From NCBI GenBank assembly GCA_038204335.1, contig JBBRDA010000001.1:12468-76467 (forward strand): DNA of 64,000 nucleotides, written 5' to 3'. The stretch is from Burkholderiales bacterium (GTDB lineage Bacteria > Pseudomonadota > Gammaproteobacteria > Burkholderiales > Burkholderiaceae_C). The position numbers were made by a program, and so were the translations under genes. The notes beneath the pieces are model-generated. The model ran no database searches, was not told the origin of the DNA, and worked only from the letters and a program-made list of their open reading frames with translations. Of the stretch, positions 29,339 to 38,540 are shown one piece after another. Every line of letters starts with the position of its first letter. The first letter of the stretch is position 1.

Positions 29339-30369
29339 CAGGCGCCCATCAACTCAGTGACTGCGCGGTCCACCCGCACGCTAGAGCCCGAATCGTCCAG
29401 CGGGTTTCGGCGCAAGCGGTGGCGCAGTGCCGGTGCAGCAACGCGGCGCAAATGTAAATCGGTCACTTCACCATCGCCATCCAAGGCTGCCAGCGCGCGC
29501 GCTGCGCGAATCAAGGTCAAGTCGCCACGCAAACCATCCGTGCCGAGCGCCGTACACAACTGCGCGGCACACTGGCGCGCTGCGTCCGGAATCTTTACCT
29601 CGGTCAACCGCTTACGGCCAGCGACGATGCGGCGGCGTATGCGCTCGTCTTCTTTTTTCCACTGTTCAGTAAAGCCAACCGGGTCTTGCTCAAACGCATC
29701 CCGGCGGCGAACCACCTCAACCCGCGACGCCAGGTCAGACGGGGTTTTGACTTCAACCGACAGGCCAAAGCGGTCCAGCAGCTGCGGCCGCAGCTCGCCT
29801 TCTTCAGGGTTGCCGCTGCCGACCAGCACAAAACGGGCTGGGTGCCTCACGCTCAGGCCTTCACGCTCTACAACGTTCTCGCCGGATGCAGCCACGTCAA
29901 TCAGCAAGTCCACCAGATGGTCTTCCAGCAGGTTGACTTCATCGATGTACAAAAACCCCCGGTTGGCTCTGGCCAGCAAGCCTGGCTCGAAAGCCTTGAC
30001 GCCCTGGGACAAAGCGCGCTCAAGATCCAGCGCACCCACGACGCGGTCTTCAGTGGCACCAAGCGGCAGGTCAACCACGGGCACGGGTATCAAATGACTT
30101 TTTAGGGGGGCGTTGGCAGTGCCGCGCAGCGTTGCGCAATCTTCACAGCTTGCGCTGCTGTTGGCAGGGTCGCAGCCATAGCGGCAACCGATGACAGCGC
30201 GCATTTTTGGCAGCAGCGCGGCCAGCGCACGCACCGCAGTTGATTTGCCAGTGCCGCGGTCGCCAAATACCAAAACGCCACCAATGCTCGGGTCAATGGC
30301 GGCAATCAGTATCGCCAGCTTCATCTCATCCTGGCCAACGATTGCGGAGAAAGAAAATGACACTGCCAT
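29338..30369 (-). CDS. bchI: Mg-chelatase ATPase subunit I
   Basis: Walker A GDRGTGKST. FSAIVGQDEMKLA N-terminus typical of BchI. ATGA overlap with bchD. Confidence 0.95.
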   Translation of the reverse strand: MAVSFSFSAIVGQDEMKLAILIAAIDPSIGGVLVFGDRGTGKSTAVRALAALLPKMRAVIGCRYGCDPANSSASCEDCATLRGTANAPLKSHLIPVPVVDLPLGATEDRVVGALDLERALSQGVKAFEPGLLARANRGFLYIDEVNLLEDHLVDLLIDVAASGENVVEREGLSVRHPARFVLVGSGNPEEGELRPQLLDRFGLSVEVKTPSDLASRVEVVRRRDAFEQDPVGFTEQWKKEDERIRRRIVAGRKRLTEVKIPDAARQCAAQLCTALGTDGLRGDLTLIRAARALAALDGDGEVTDLHLRRVAAPALRHRLRRNPLDDSGSSVRVDRAVTELMGA

Positions 30370-30511
30370 AAATTTAATAGTATGACATATGGCTACGCTC
30401 TCCCCGCTGGTGCGTGCGCGGCGACAACTCAGTGCGATACTGATTCAATCGCGGCAAAATGCCGCTCGAACTGCCGCCATTACCGCGGCCCAGAACACAA
30501 AAGAGCTCTCA

Positions 30512-31003
30512 ATGCTGATCATTAAATGGATTGTTGTCGTGGTGTTGGTGCTCGTCGTGGGTGCGATCGTTGCCGGGCAGGCAGGTCTGCTAAAAGGCAC
30601 GGCACCTGCAGACTTGGGGGTCAAGCAAGGCAAGCTCAAAGGCCTTTCATCTACGCCCAATTGTGTGAGCAGCCAAGCCGACCTCACCCCAGACCACCCC
30701 CAACGCACCTATTCAAGCATTGCGCCGCTCGCCTTGCGTGGCGACGGCCCAGCCACCATCGCCAAACTGAAAACCATCGTCGAAAGCATGGATGGCGCAA
30801 AACTCATCACCAGCGCACCAGACTATCTGTATGCGCAATACACCACGCCGCTGATGAAATACGTCGATGACGTGGAGTTTTGGTTTGACCCAAGCGTCAA
30901 CGCCATTCAGGTGCGCTCGGCCTCTCGGTTAGGCAACAAAGACTTTGACGCCAATCGCAAACGCATAGAAGCCGTGCGTACAGCGCTGGCTGCAGCGCCA
31001 TGA
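30512..31003 (+). CDS. DUF1499-like protein with N-terminal TM anchor
   Basis: C-terminal YVDDVEFWFD...IQVRSASRLGNKDFDANRKR pattern. Start set at ATG 30512 (the track start at 30389 gives an unlikely Arg/Ala-rich leader). Confidence 0.5.
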   Translation: MLIIKWIVVVVLVLVVGAIVAGQAGLLKGTAPADLGVKQGKLKGLSSTPNCVSSQADLTPDHPQRTYSSIAPLALRGDGPATIAKLKTIVESMDGAKLITSAPDYLYAQYTTPLMKYVDDVEFWFDPSVNAIQVRSASRLGNKDFDANRKRIEAVRTALAAAP

Positions 31004-31650
31004 ATCAAGACTTTAGCCAACGGGTTGTTCTCAACCACCACGATCTTGATTGGGTCGCAAGCCCGCAAGCAGGCGTAGATCGCCGCATGTTTGAGCGTAT
31101 CGGTGATGAGGTGGCCAGGGCAACGTCTGTTGTGCGCTATCAACCCGGCTCTGCTTTCAAGTCCCACAAACATGACTTGGGTGAGGAAATACTGGTGCTC
31201 GAAGGCGTCTTCAGTGACGAACACGGCGACTACCCGGCAGGCACTTACCTGATGAATCCACCGGGCTCATCCCACACGCCGCGCAGTGACGCAGGTTGCG
31301 TTCTTTTCGTCAAGCTCAGGCACCTCGGATCTGATCAACAAGAGCGCGAAGTCGTTGACACCCGAAACGCCCAGTGGCATCAAGGCATGGTGCCGGGTCT
31401 TACCGTCATGCCATTGATGCAGCAAGGCATGGGCTCTACGCTGGTGCGTTGGGCGCCACAAACTTACTTCAACCCGCACAGGCATTTTGGCGGCGAGGAG
31501 ATCTTTGTTGTGGCGGGCGTTTTTGAAGATGAGCACGGACGCTATCCAAGCGGCTCATGGATCAGAAGCCCACACCTGAGTGTGCACAAGCCATTCAGCC
31601 AGGAAGGCTGCACCATCTTTGTAAAAACCGGGCATTTGTTGAGCAATTAG
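31000..31650 (+). CDS. Bicupin protein resembling the ChrR C-terminal cupin domain (no ZAS anti-sigma domain)
   Basis: Two cupin cores (HKHDLGEEILVLEGVF...GSSHTP and HRHFGGEEIFVVAGVF). ATGA overlap with the upstream gene. Confidence 0.55.
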   Translation: MNQDFSQRVVLNHHDLDWVASPQAGVDRRMFERIGDEVARATSVVRYQPGSAFKSHKHDLGEEILVLEGVFSDEHGDYPAGTYLMNPPGSSHTPRSDAGCVLFVKLRHLGSDQQEREVVDTRNAQWHQGMVPGLTVMPLMQQGMGSTLVRWAPQTYFNPHRHFGGEEIFVVAGVFEDEHGRYPSGSWIRSPHLSVHKPFSQEGCTIFVKTGHLLSN

Positions 31651-31678
31651 CCCGTATAAAAAAGTCGCGCAATTTCGG

Positions 31679-32335
31679 GTGTGGACAATAGGCTCAATCA
31701 CTACGGAGCCGCTTTTGACAGACACGATTCACTTTTACGAACCCCGGGACGGCCACCGCCTGCCGCACGACCCTTTCAATGCCATCGTCGGGCCGCGGCC
31801 TATCGGCTGGATATCGTCGCAAAGCAAAGATGGCGTTTTGAATCTGGCGCCTTACAGCTTTTTCAACGCCTTCAACTACATACCGCCCATCGTCGGCTTT
31901 AGCAGCGTTGGCTACAAGGACTCGGTACGCAACATCGAAGAAACCGGTGAGTTCGCCTGGAACCTGACCACGCGTGCGCTGGCAGAAGCCATGAACCAGA
32001 CCTGCGCCTCTGTGCCGCCCGAGGTCAATGAGTTTGATCTGGCCGGTTTGACACCGGTTGCGTCACGCGTGATCAAGGTGCCGCGTGTTCTTGAAAGCCC
32101 CGTGTCATTTGAATGCCGCCGTACGCAGGTAGTGCAACTGGCAGGCGCGGATGGAGCCAAGGTAGACAGCTGGCTGGTGCTAGGGGAAGTCGTGGCTGTG
32201 CACATTGCCCAAGCGCTGCTCAAAGACGGTGTGTACGACACAGCAAACGCTGGCCATGTGCTGCGCGGCGGCGGGCCGGGCGACTATTTCACCATCGGGC
32301 CAGAGCAACTGTTTCGCATGTTCCGCCCGCGCTAA
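31679..32335 (+). CDS. Flavin reductase-like (FMN-binding split barrel) protein
   Basis: PRPIGWISSQSKDGVLNLAPYSFFNAF motif of the Flavin_Reduct family. Start codon uncertain. Confidence 0.65.
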   Translation: MWTIGSITTEPLLTDTIHFYEPRDGHRLPHDPFNAIVGPRPIGWISSQSKDGVLNLAPYSFFNAFNYIPPIVGFSSVGYKDSVRNIEETGEFAWNLTTRALAEAMNQTCASVPPEVNEFDLAGLTPVASRVIKVPRVLESPVSFECRRTQVVQLAGADGAKVDSWLVLGEVVAVHIAQALLKDGVYDTANAGHVLRGGGPGDYFTIGPEQLFRMFRPR

Positions 32336-32368
32336 CCGCCCGGTTTTAATTGCCTGGTTAAAAGCCCA

Positions 32369-33082
32369 TCAACAACCCAACTGATCAGCCAAGTCCAGCA
32401 GGTCTTTGGCGTGCAGGGTATTGGCAGGGTCTGATGAGATGTCTTTGGGACGCAACGCGCCAAATTCGGCGGGCCGCTCGATGTAAGCCGTTTGCAGGCC
32501 GCAGGCGCGTGCCGCGGCCAGGTCGTCCTGGTGGGCGGCCACCAACATGACGTGTGCGGGCGGCAGGTCAAATACGCTGGCCACGCCAAGGTAGGTGGCA
32601 GGGTCAGGCTTGTAGGCCCGAAAAACTTCAGCCGACAAAATACAGTCCCACGGCAGGCCGGCATGTTTGGCCATATTGCTCAGCAAGCCTATGTTGCCGT
32701 TCGACAGCGTGCAAATCGTGTGGCGCGTTTTAAGCCGGCTCAAACCTGCAACTACATCGGGCCAAGGGTCTAGCCGGTGCCAAGCGGTGTTCAAATGTTT
32801 TTTCTGGGTCTCGCTTAAGTCGGCCAAACCGAATGGCGCCAGAATGCCGTCCAAAATCAGCCGGTGCAAATCGTCGATGCGGGTCCAGCCCAGCTCGCCC
32901 GACATCACCCGCCGCATCGCAGGCTGGTAGCCAGCACGCCAAGCCAGCGCAAAGTCGCTGCCGTTGACGCCCGGATGCAGCGCCTGCACCTCTCGGGCAA
33001 TGCTGCTGTGCCAGTCCACCACGGTGCCAAAAACGTCAAATGCCAACACTTTGGCGCGAGGGGATGGGGAGTGTGCGTTCAT
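32369..33082 (-). CDS. Haloacid dehalogenase type II-like HAD hydrolase
   Basis: DVFGTVVDW (DxxGT nucleophile motif). Start set at ATG 33082, because the longer track ORF runs to within 4 nt of the tRNA gene. Confidence 0.7.
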   Translation of the reverse strand: MNAHSPSPRAKVLAFDVFGTVVDWHSSIAREVQALHPGVNGSDFALAWRAGYQPAMRRVMSGELGWTRIDDLHRLILDGILAPFGLADLSETQKKHLNTAWHRLDPWPDVVAGLSRLKTRHTICTLSNGNIGLLSNMAKHAGLPWDCILSAEVFRAYKPDPATYLGVASVFDLPPAHVMLVAAHQDDLAAARACGLQTAYIERPAEFGALRPKDISSDPANTLHAKDLLDLADQLGC

Positions 33083-33175
33083 AGACGCATTATCTTGAAT
33101 CTGACCGTTGCCGAAAGCTGGCAAGTGCCGTTTTCTTGCAGTTTTGGGGCATTTGCTTGCGCTGAAAACCAAAAC

Positions 33176-33251
33176 TGGTGCGGCTGGCGGGGATCGAACC
33201 CACGACCCTTGGCTTCGGAGGCCAATACTCTATCCACTGAGCTACAGCCGC
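33176..33251 (-). tRNA. tRNA-Arg (anticodon CCG)
   Basis: 76 nt cloverleaf GCGGCTG/CAGCCGC acceptor stem, anticodon loop CTCCGAA, GGTTCGATCC T-arm, encoded CCA. Confidence 0.9.
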
Positions 33252-33426
33252 ATTGCTGTGAGGTGCTTGAAAGCGATGTGATTCTATCAGTCGGCCTTGC
33301 CTGGCCTGAAGTGCCGCAAAGGATTTACAGGCTCACCGTTATAATCTGCTGTTGCTTGCCGAACCCGTTTCAGCAAGCCAAAACACCCCCACGGTTCGCC
33401 CGATTTCAAGTTTTTTTGAGGACGCC

Positions 33427-34299
33427 ATGAGCGCAAACGATCACACTACCTCGCACGAAGAAGACCATTCCGGTCCGATCAGAACGCCCAAGCAGTTGCT
33501 GGCAGCGGTGTTTTTCTCTTTCGTCATTCCGATTTTTGCCATCATCGGCTTGGTGTATTACGTCACATCAGCCCCCAAAACAGCACCCGGAGCTATCGAT
33601 ACTGAAAAAGCGATTGCAACGCGGATTCAAAAAATCGGCTCTGTCGAGATTCGTGATGCCAACCGCGTGCTCAAGACCGGCGAAGAGGTTTACAAAGCGC
33701 AGTGCACGGCTTGCCACGCTGCGGGCTTGGCTGGCTCACCAAAAACCGGCGACGCGGCGGCCTGGGCGCCTCGCATCAAAACCGGTTATGACGCGCTTCT
33801 GACATCAGCCCTCAAAGGCAAAGGCGCCATGGGTGCACAGGGCGGTGGTGACTACGACGACCTCGAAATCGCCCGTGCCGTGGTTTACCTGACCAACGCC
33901 GCCGGCGGCAAGTTTGCTGTGCCAGCAGGCCCAGCCGCTCCTGCTGCTGGTAGTGCTGCCCCCGCGGCAGCCGCAGCAGCACCGGCTGCTGTAGTGGCCG
34001 CGGCTCCCATGGCAGCGGCTGCACCCGCAGCAACGGCGGCTGTAGCTACCAAAGTCGCCGCCAACAACGGCGAAGCGCTGTACAAACAAGTTTGCACCGC
34101 CTGCCACGCAGCCGGCTTAGCGGGTGCACCCAAGTCTGGCGACAAAGCCGCTTGGGCACCACGTATCAAGACCGGCATTGACGCCATGACCGCCAACGTC
34201 ATCAAAGGCAAAGGCGCCATGCCTCCAAAAGGTGGCTCGGCTGCATCTGATGCTGAAATCCGCGCCACGGTTGAATACATGGCGAACGCAGCGAAATAA
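33427..34299 (+). CDS. Membrane-anchored dihaem c-type cytochrome (two c5-like domains)
   Basis: N-terminal TM helix. Two near-identical modules CTACHAAGLAG.PK.GD.AAWAPRIKTG joined by an Ala/Pro-rich linker. Start at ATG 33427. Confidence 0.8.
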   Translation: MSANDHTTSHEEDHSGPIRTPKQLLAAVFFSFVIPIFAIIGLVYYVTSAPKTAPGAIDTEKAIATRIQKIGSVEIRDANRVLKTGEEVYKAQCTACHAAGLAGSPKTGDAAAWAPRIKTGYDALLTSALKGKGAMGAQGGGDYDDLEIARAVVYLTNAAGGKFAVPAGPAAPAAGSAAPAAAAAAPAAVVAAAPMAAAAPAATAAVATKVAANNGEALYKQVCTACHAAGLAGAPKSGDKAAWAPRIKTGIDAMTANVIKGKGAMPPKGGSAASDAEIRATVEYMANAAK

Positions 34300-34337
34300 C
34301 GCGACAAGCCCCAGCCTGAATCGTCAGGCGGCTTCGT

Positions 34338-34381
34338 AAAACCGGTTCAAGACTTGATTTTGAGCCGGTTTTTGCGTTTTT
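34338..34381 (+). terminator. Rho-independent terminator after the cytochrome c gene
   Basis: 13-bp stem AAAACCGGTTCAA / TTGAGCCGGTTTT followed by a T-rich run. Confidence 0.55.
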
Positions 34382-34444
34382 AGGGTGCCAAATCGGCCTT
34401 TAGCCGAATGAATATGGGCGCAAACAGCTACTTTTTTAATAGCG
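34377..34444 (-). repeat. Dispersed ~68 bp repeat, full copy
   Basis: TTTTTAGGGTGCCAAATCGGCCTTTAGCCGAATGAATATGGGCGCAAACAGCTACTTTTTTAATAGCG. Confidence 0.85.
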
Positions 34445-34643
34445 TTTTCCAGATAGCTCAAATCGCTATTGAGTGGCTGTTTGCGCCCGAATTCATGGGT
34501 ACAGATGCGCATTTGCTGCCGTAAATGGGTGGGATTGCAGGGCCCGACCTCAATCGCGGAGAAGGCTCTTGCAAATTTAACTGTACGCACATACAGTCTT
34601 TGAGTGCTTTCTGGCACGATAAACCAACTTCAGGATCTCCCAC

Positions 34644-35057
34644 ATGCTTGACCACATGACATTCCGCGTGACTGATATTTCTCGGGCCAAGGCGTTTTAC
34701 AGCGCAGCCCTGGCACCGCTGGGCTACAGCGTATGCTTTGAAGGCAATTACGGCTCAAACATCCTGGGGCTTGCCTACCCAGACGCAACTAAGCCTGACG
34801 GGAAAAAGGCGGATGTGTGGTTCATCGACGGACCTTCACCGTTTGGCGGCCCAGCTTCAACATCCGGTTGCCACCTTGCTTGGCGTGCAGCAAATCGTAC
34901 GCAAGTAGATGCCTTCTACCAAGCAGCCATTGCCGCCGGCGGTAAAGACAACGGCGGCCCCGGACTGCGACCGGACTATCACGCAAACTACTACGGCGCA
35001 TTTGTCATTGACCCTGAGGGCAACAACATTGAAGCGGTCTGCCACCTGCCCGAATAA
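34644..35057 (+). CDS. VOC / glyoxalase-family protein
   Basis: 137 aa. MLDHMTFRVTDISRAKAFY start and C-terminal GAFVIDPEGNNIEAV, typical of the glyoxalase fold. Confidence 0.7.
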   Translation: MLDHMTFRVTDISRAKAFYSAALAPLGYSVCFEGNYGSNILGLAYPDATKPDGKKADVWFIDGPSPFGGPASTSGCHLAWRAANRTQVDAFYQAAIAAGGKDNGGPGLRPDYHANYYGAFVIDPEGNNIEAVCHLPE

Positions 35058-35267
35058 TTCAAAGACAGAGCACACCCCTTCAAGTTTTTTGGAACTTACC
35101 GTGCGCAACAGCTCGCCTCGGCGCCCCTGCCTGACTGGCGGTTCGACGCGGACGCAAACAGTGGGCGAGATTGCGTCTCCGGCGGCGGTTAGCCCGGACC
35201 TTCGACGCGACCACTTCATGTTTCGCTTGAAGTTTGTGCCGTTTAATTTATGTAGCTACAATTAAAC

Positions 35268-35537
35268 GTGCTCATTGACTTCGATCCAGCCAAAGATGCA
35301 GCCAACCAAGACAAGCACGGCCTGTCGCTTGGGATGGCATTGGCGCTTGATTGGGATCAAGCTTTGGTTTGGGTGGATGGTCGGCACGAGTATGGTGAGT
35401 TGCGAATGATCGCGCTCGCCCCTAGTACCGGAATTCTGTATTACGTGGCTTTTGTGGACCGAGCCGATGCCCGCCGGGTCATCAGTTTGCGCAAAGCCAA
35501 TCGACGCGAGGTGAAGCACTATGTCCAAAGTTACTAA
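35268..35537 (+). CDS. brnT: BrnT-family (DUF497) toxin
   Basis: FDPAKDAANQDKHGLSL...DGRHEYGELRMIALAP...VISLRKANRRE pattern. Overlaps the downstream antitoxin gene. Confidence 0.75.
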   Translation: MLIDFDPAKDAANQDKHGLSLGMALALDWDQALVWVDGRHEYGELRMIALAPSTGILYYVAFVDRADARRVISLRKANRREVKHYVQSY

Positions 35538-35820
35538 GAGGCCAGCGGTTGTTATGCCGACTGTGGCAGAAGACAAAGCAATCACGGCCGCAGCCAAGGC
35601 TGATCCTGATGCACAGCCGCTAACGTCAAAGCAGTTGCAGGCGATGGTTCCGCTCAAGTCAATGCGCGGCCGCCCTAAGTCTGAAAACAGAAAGTTGCTG
35701 GTGTCCGTTCGGTACAGCCCCGAGGTTGTGGCGTATTTCAAGTCAACAGGCGACGGCTGGCAGTCGCGCATGGACGGTGTGCTGCAGCAGTACGTGACAC
35801 GTCATTCGCGCACGGCATGA
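35521..35820 (+). CDS. brnA: BrnA-family antitoxin
   Basis: GRPKSENRKLLVSVRYSPEVVAYFKSTGDGWQSRMDGVL, typical BrnA C-terminus. 17-nt overlap with brnT. Confidence 0.75.
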   Translation: MSKVTKRPAVVMPTVAEDKAITAAAKADPDAQPLTSKQLQAMVPLKSMRGRPKSENRKLLVSVRYSPEVVAYFKSTGDGWQSRMDGVLQQYVTRHSRTA

Positions 35821-35908
35821 GGCCGAACCGGTCGCCCAAGTTGGACGTCTTCACTCTCGCTTGGCTTCAACGCTCAACCCATCACCGCCAAAGCCTTTGC
35901 GCGGGATC

Positions 35909-36003
35909 ATATAGCTGCTTGGGCAGCTTAAATATGCTATATATTTAGTAGCTGCTTACGCCCGGATTGATTGGGTTAAAGGCTGATTCGGCACCCTAAA
36001 AAA
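35909..36003 (+). repeat. Dispersed repeat: partial copy (35909-35927) plus full copy (35936-36003)
   Basis: ATATAGCTGCTTGGGCAGC, then GCTATATATTTAGTAGCTGCTTACGCCCGGATTGATTGGGTTAAAGGCTGATTCGGCACCCTAAAAA. Confidence 0.8.
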
Positions 36004-36163
36004 GGGTCTTTTTAGCATTCTTTGGTCAGCTTTGTCGATTGAACGTCGATTCGCGCATCAACAGCGTAGGTCAGGCAATTTTGACGCGGCAGTACACACT
36101 GTTGATACAAAATCATTGACCCGTTTCGTAAATCTACTCACACTTTGTTAACCGGAGAAAACC

Positions 36164-36526
36164 ATGCAATTCATGTTGATATTCAAAGAAACCGCCAGCG
36201 ACGTGGCCCAGAAGACCGACCCCCAGGCATCTCCCGCGTACTGGGGCGCCTGGAACGCCTACGTCGGCGCGCTTTACCAATCCGGCGCGGTGGTCAGCGG
36301 CAACGGCTTGCAAGGGCCACACACCGCCACACAGGTGCAAATGCGCGGCGGCAAGCGCGTGATTCACGACGGCCCCTTTGCCGACACCAAAGAGCACTTG
36401 GGCGGCTACTTCATCATTGAAGTCCCCGGGCTGGACGAGGCGCTGGAATGGGCGGCACGTAGCCCGAATGCGACCACAGGCACGACCGAAGTGCGGCCCG
36501 TGATGCCGCCACCAGCCGCGACCTGA
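36164..36526 (+). CDS. YciI/DGPF-family protein
   Basis: 120 aa. MQFMLIFKE start and DGPFADTKEHLGGYFIIEV motif. Confidence 0.75.
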   Translation: MQFMLIFKETASDVAQKTDPQASPAYWGAWNAYVGALYQSGAVVSGNGLQGPHTATQVQMRGGKRVIHDGPFADTKEHLGGYFIIEVPGLDEALEWAARSPNATTGTTEVRPVMPPPAAT

Positions 36527-36540
36527 TCAAGCCGCCCGGC

Positions 36541-37776
36541 ATGCTTGCCACGCCAGCCGATCGAGCTGTTGAGCTGGCCGCCCGCGAATCTTTCGGTCGG
36601 CTGGTCTCTTACTTGGCCTGGCAGTGGCGGGACATTGCCGCCGCCGAAGACGCGCTGGGCGACGCGTTGGCCAAAGCGCTGGAGGTTTGGCCGCGTGACG
36701 GCGTGCCAGACTCGCCCGACGCCTGGCTACTGACCGTGGCCAAGCGGCAATTGCTTCAAATGGCCAGACATGACAAGGTGCGCTTTGACCCGGCTGTCAC
36801 GGCGCTTTTAACCCAAGACGAAGCGCATGAACACAGCTTTGCCATCCCTGATGCGCGGCTCAAGCTGTTGTTTGTTTGCGCGCACCCGGCGATTGATGAA
36901 CAAGTGCGCATCCCGCTGATGCTGCAAACTGTGTTGGGCTTAGAGGTAGCCGACATGGCGCCCGCGCTGCTGCTGTCGCCTACTGCGCTGGCCCAGCGGC
37001 TGGTGCGCGCCAAGCAGAAAATCCGCAGCACCGGCCTGCGCTTTGAAGAACCCGAAGCGCGCGAACTGCCCGAGCGGCTGCACCATGTGCTTGAAAGCAT
37101 TTACGGCGCCTTTGGCCTGAGCATCGACGCCATGGACGGGGCCGAAGCGCGCGTGCTGGACCTGAAAGACGAGGCCATTTACCTGTGCAGCGTGGTCTGC
37201 CAGTTGCTGCCCGACGCCGCTGAAGCCAAAGGCTTGCTGGCACTGATGACCTTCAGCCAGGCACGGCGGGCCGCGCAAGTGGACGCGCAAGGCCACTTTG
37301 TACCGCTGGCCCAGCAAGACACAACGCTGTGGGACAGTGATGCCATCAAGCACGCAGACCTGTGGCTCTGGACGGCGGCACAACTGCGCCAAAGCGGCCC
37401 GTTTCAGCTTGAGGCCGCCGTGCAGTCGGCCCACTGCCACCGGCTGTTTACTGGCCACACGCCGTGGCAAGGCATAGCCGCTCTGTACCAGCAGATCAAT
37501 ACCTTCTACCCGACCCAAGGCGCCTGCGTGGCAGGGGCGGTAGCCATGGCTGAGGCAGGCGACGCGGCGGGCGGCTTGGCCCAACTCGACGCCATGGCTA
37601 CCGCCAACGTCAAAAACTTTCAGCCGTGGTGGGTAGCGCGCGCCTACCTGCTTGCGAAGGGCGGCCCGCCAACACGCGAGCTGGCAGACGCCGCCTACCG
37701 CACCGCCATCGGCCTGAGCACGCAGCAAAAGGTGAAAGACTACCTCGAGCGGGTCAGGGCTGGGATGTGGGTTTGA
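36541..37776 (+). CDS. ECF-type RNA polymerase sigma factor with long C-terminal extension (YciI-associated type)
   Basis: 411 aa with sigma-2/sigma-4-like N-terminal part and a TPR-like C-terminal domain. Conserved pairing with an upstream YciI gene. Confidence 0.65.
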   Translation: MLATPADRAVELAARESFGRLVSYLAWQWRDIAAAEDALGDALAKALEVWPRDGVPDSPDAWLLTVAKRQLLQMARHDKVRFDPAVTALLTQDEAHEHSFAIPDARLKLLFVCAHPAIDEQVRIPLMLQTVLGLEVADMAPALLLSPTALAQRLVRAKQKIRSTGLRFEEPEARELPERLHHVLESIYGAFGLSIDAMDGAEARVLDLKDEAIYLCSVVCQLLPDAAEAKGLLALMTFSQARRAAQVDAQGHFVPLAQQDTTLWDSDAIKHADLWLWTAAQLRQSGPFQLEAAVQSAHCHRLFTGHTPWQGIAALYQQINTFYPTQGACVAGAVAMAEAGDAAGGLAQLDAMATANVKNFQPWWVARAYLLAKGGPPTRELADAAYRTAIGLSTQQKVKDYLERVRAGMWV

Positions 37777-37890
37777 GGGCTGCGTGGCGCCGTCACTAGC
37801 CACGCTCGAAAAGTATGCTGCTGCGGTTCGTTGTGATTTGCAGGTTGGGGTTGGGCCGCATTCGGCAGCGTACTTTGCCACTTTTGCCTG

Positions 37891-37956
37891 TTTTTAGGAA
37901 TTTTTTAGGGTTCTAAGCCAATGAATTCGGGCGCAAGCAGCTTCTTAATTAATAGC
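37891..37956 (-). repeat. Dispersed repeat, copy lacking the central arm
   Basis: TTTTTAGGAATTTTTTAGGGTTCTAAGCCAATGAATTCGGGCGCAAGCAGCTTCTTAATTAATAGC. Confidence 0.8.
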
Positions 37957-38057
37957 ATTTATCGCCTTCACGTAGCTGCCGGGAGTCAACATTTCATTTG
38001 GGAGGCGCAAAGCGTAATAGGGGTAAATCTGCGATCCACTAGCTTTGGTTTGTTACA

Positions 38058-38540
38058 TTGCTGAATAAAGTGTTAGTTATCACCACGTCGCACAACTCAA
38101 CGTTAAATCTCGAATTGACACACCTACTCGACACAAACATTTTCAACCGCTTAGCGGACGGCTTGATAAATTTGGAGAACCTACCGAGTGAGGCATCTCT
38201 AATTGCAACGCATATCCAGATCGACGAAATTAATAACACCCCAAACCCAGAAAGGCGCGCTCGTCTCTTCTTAGCGTTCGCAAAAGTTGGGCCAGCGATA
38301 GTACCGACCGAGTCGTTTGTTTGGGATGTGTCGCGATGGGATGAGGGGAAATGGAGCGATGGCGATCTTTACGAGAGGTTGAAGCGCGATTTAGACCAAC
38401 TCAATGGAAGCAAGAAAAACAACCCGCAAGATGCACTTATCGCTGAGGTGGCGATCAAGAACAAATACACGCTCATCACGGCCGATCGAGACTTGGCAAA
38501 GGTAGCAGAGCGACACGGCAGCAAAGTTAAACTTATCTAG
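38058..38540 (+). CDS. PIN-like domain protein in an AT-rich islet
   Basis: LLDTNIF near the N-terminus, DALIAEVAI...LITADRDL near the C-terminus. Visibly lower GC than the flanks. Start codon uncertain. Confidence 0.5.
   Translation: MLNKVLVITTSHNSTLNLELTHLLDTNIFNRLADGLINLENLPSEASLIATHIQIDEINNTPNPERRARLFLAFAKVGPAIVPTESFVWDVSRWDEGKWSDGDLYERLKRDLDQLNGSKKNNPQDALIAEVAIKNKYTLITADRDLAKVAERHGSKVKLI

Noticed and set aside
33083-33426. Longer starts for the HAD gene (33172) and the cytochrome c gene (33352)
   Set aside because: The extensions run through the flanks of tRNA-Arg (33176-33251) and its promoter region and encode non-homologous leaders. Internal ATGs fit the conserved N-termini.
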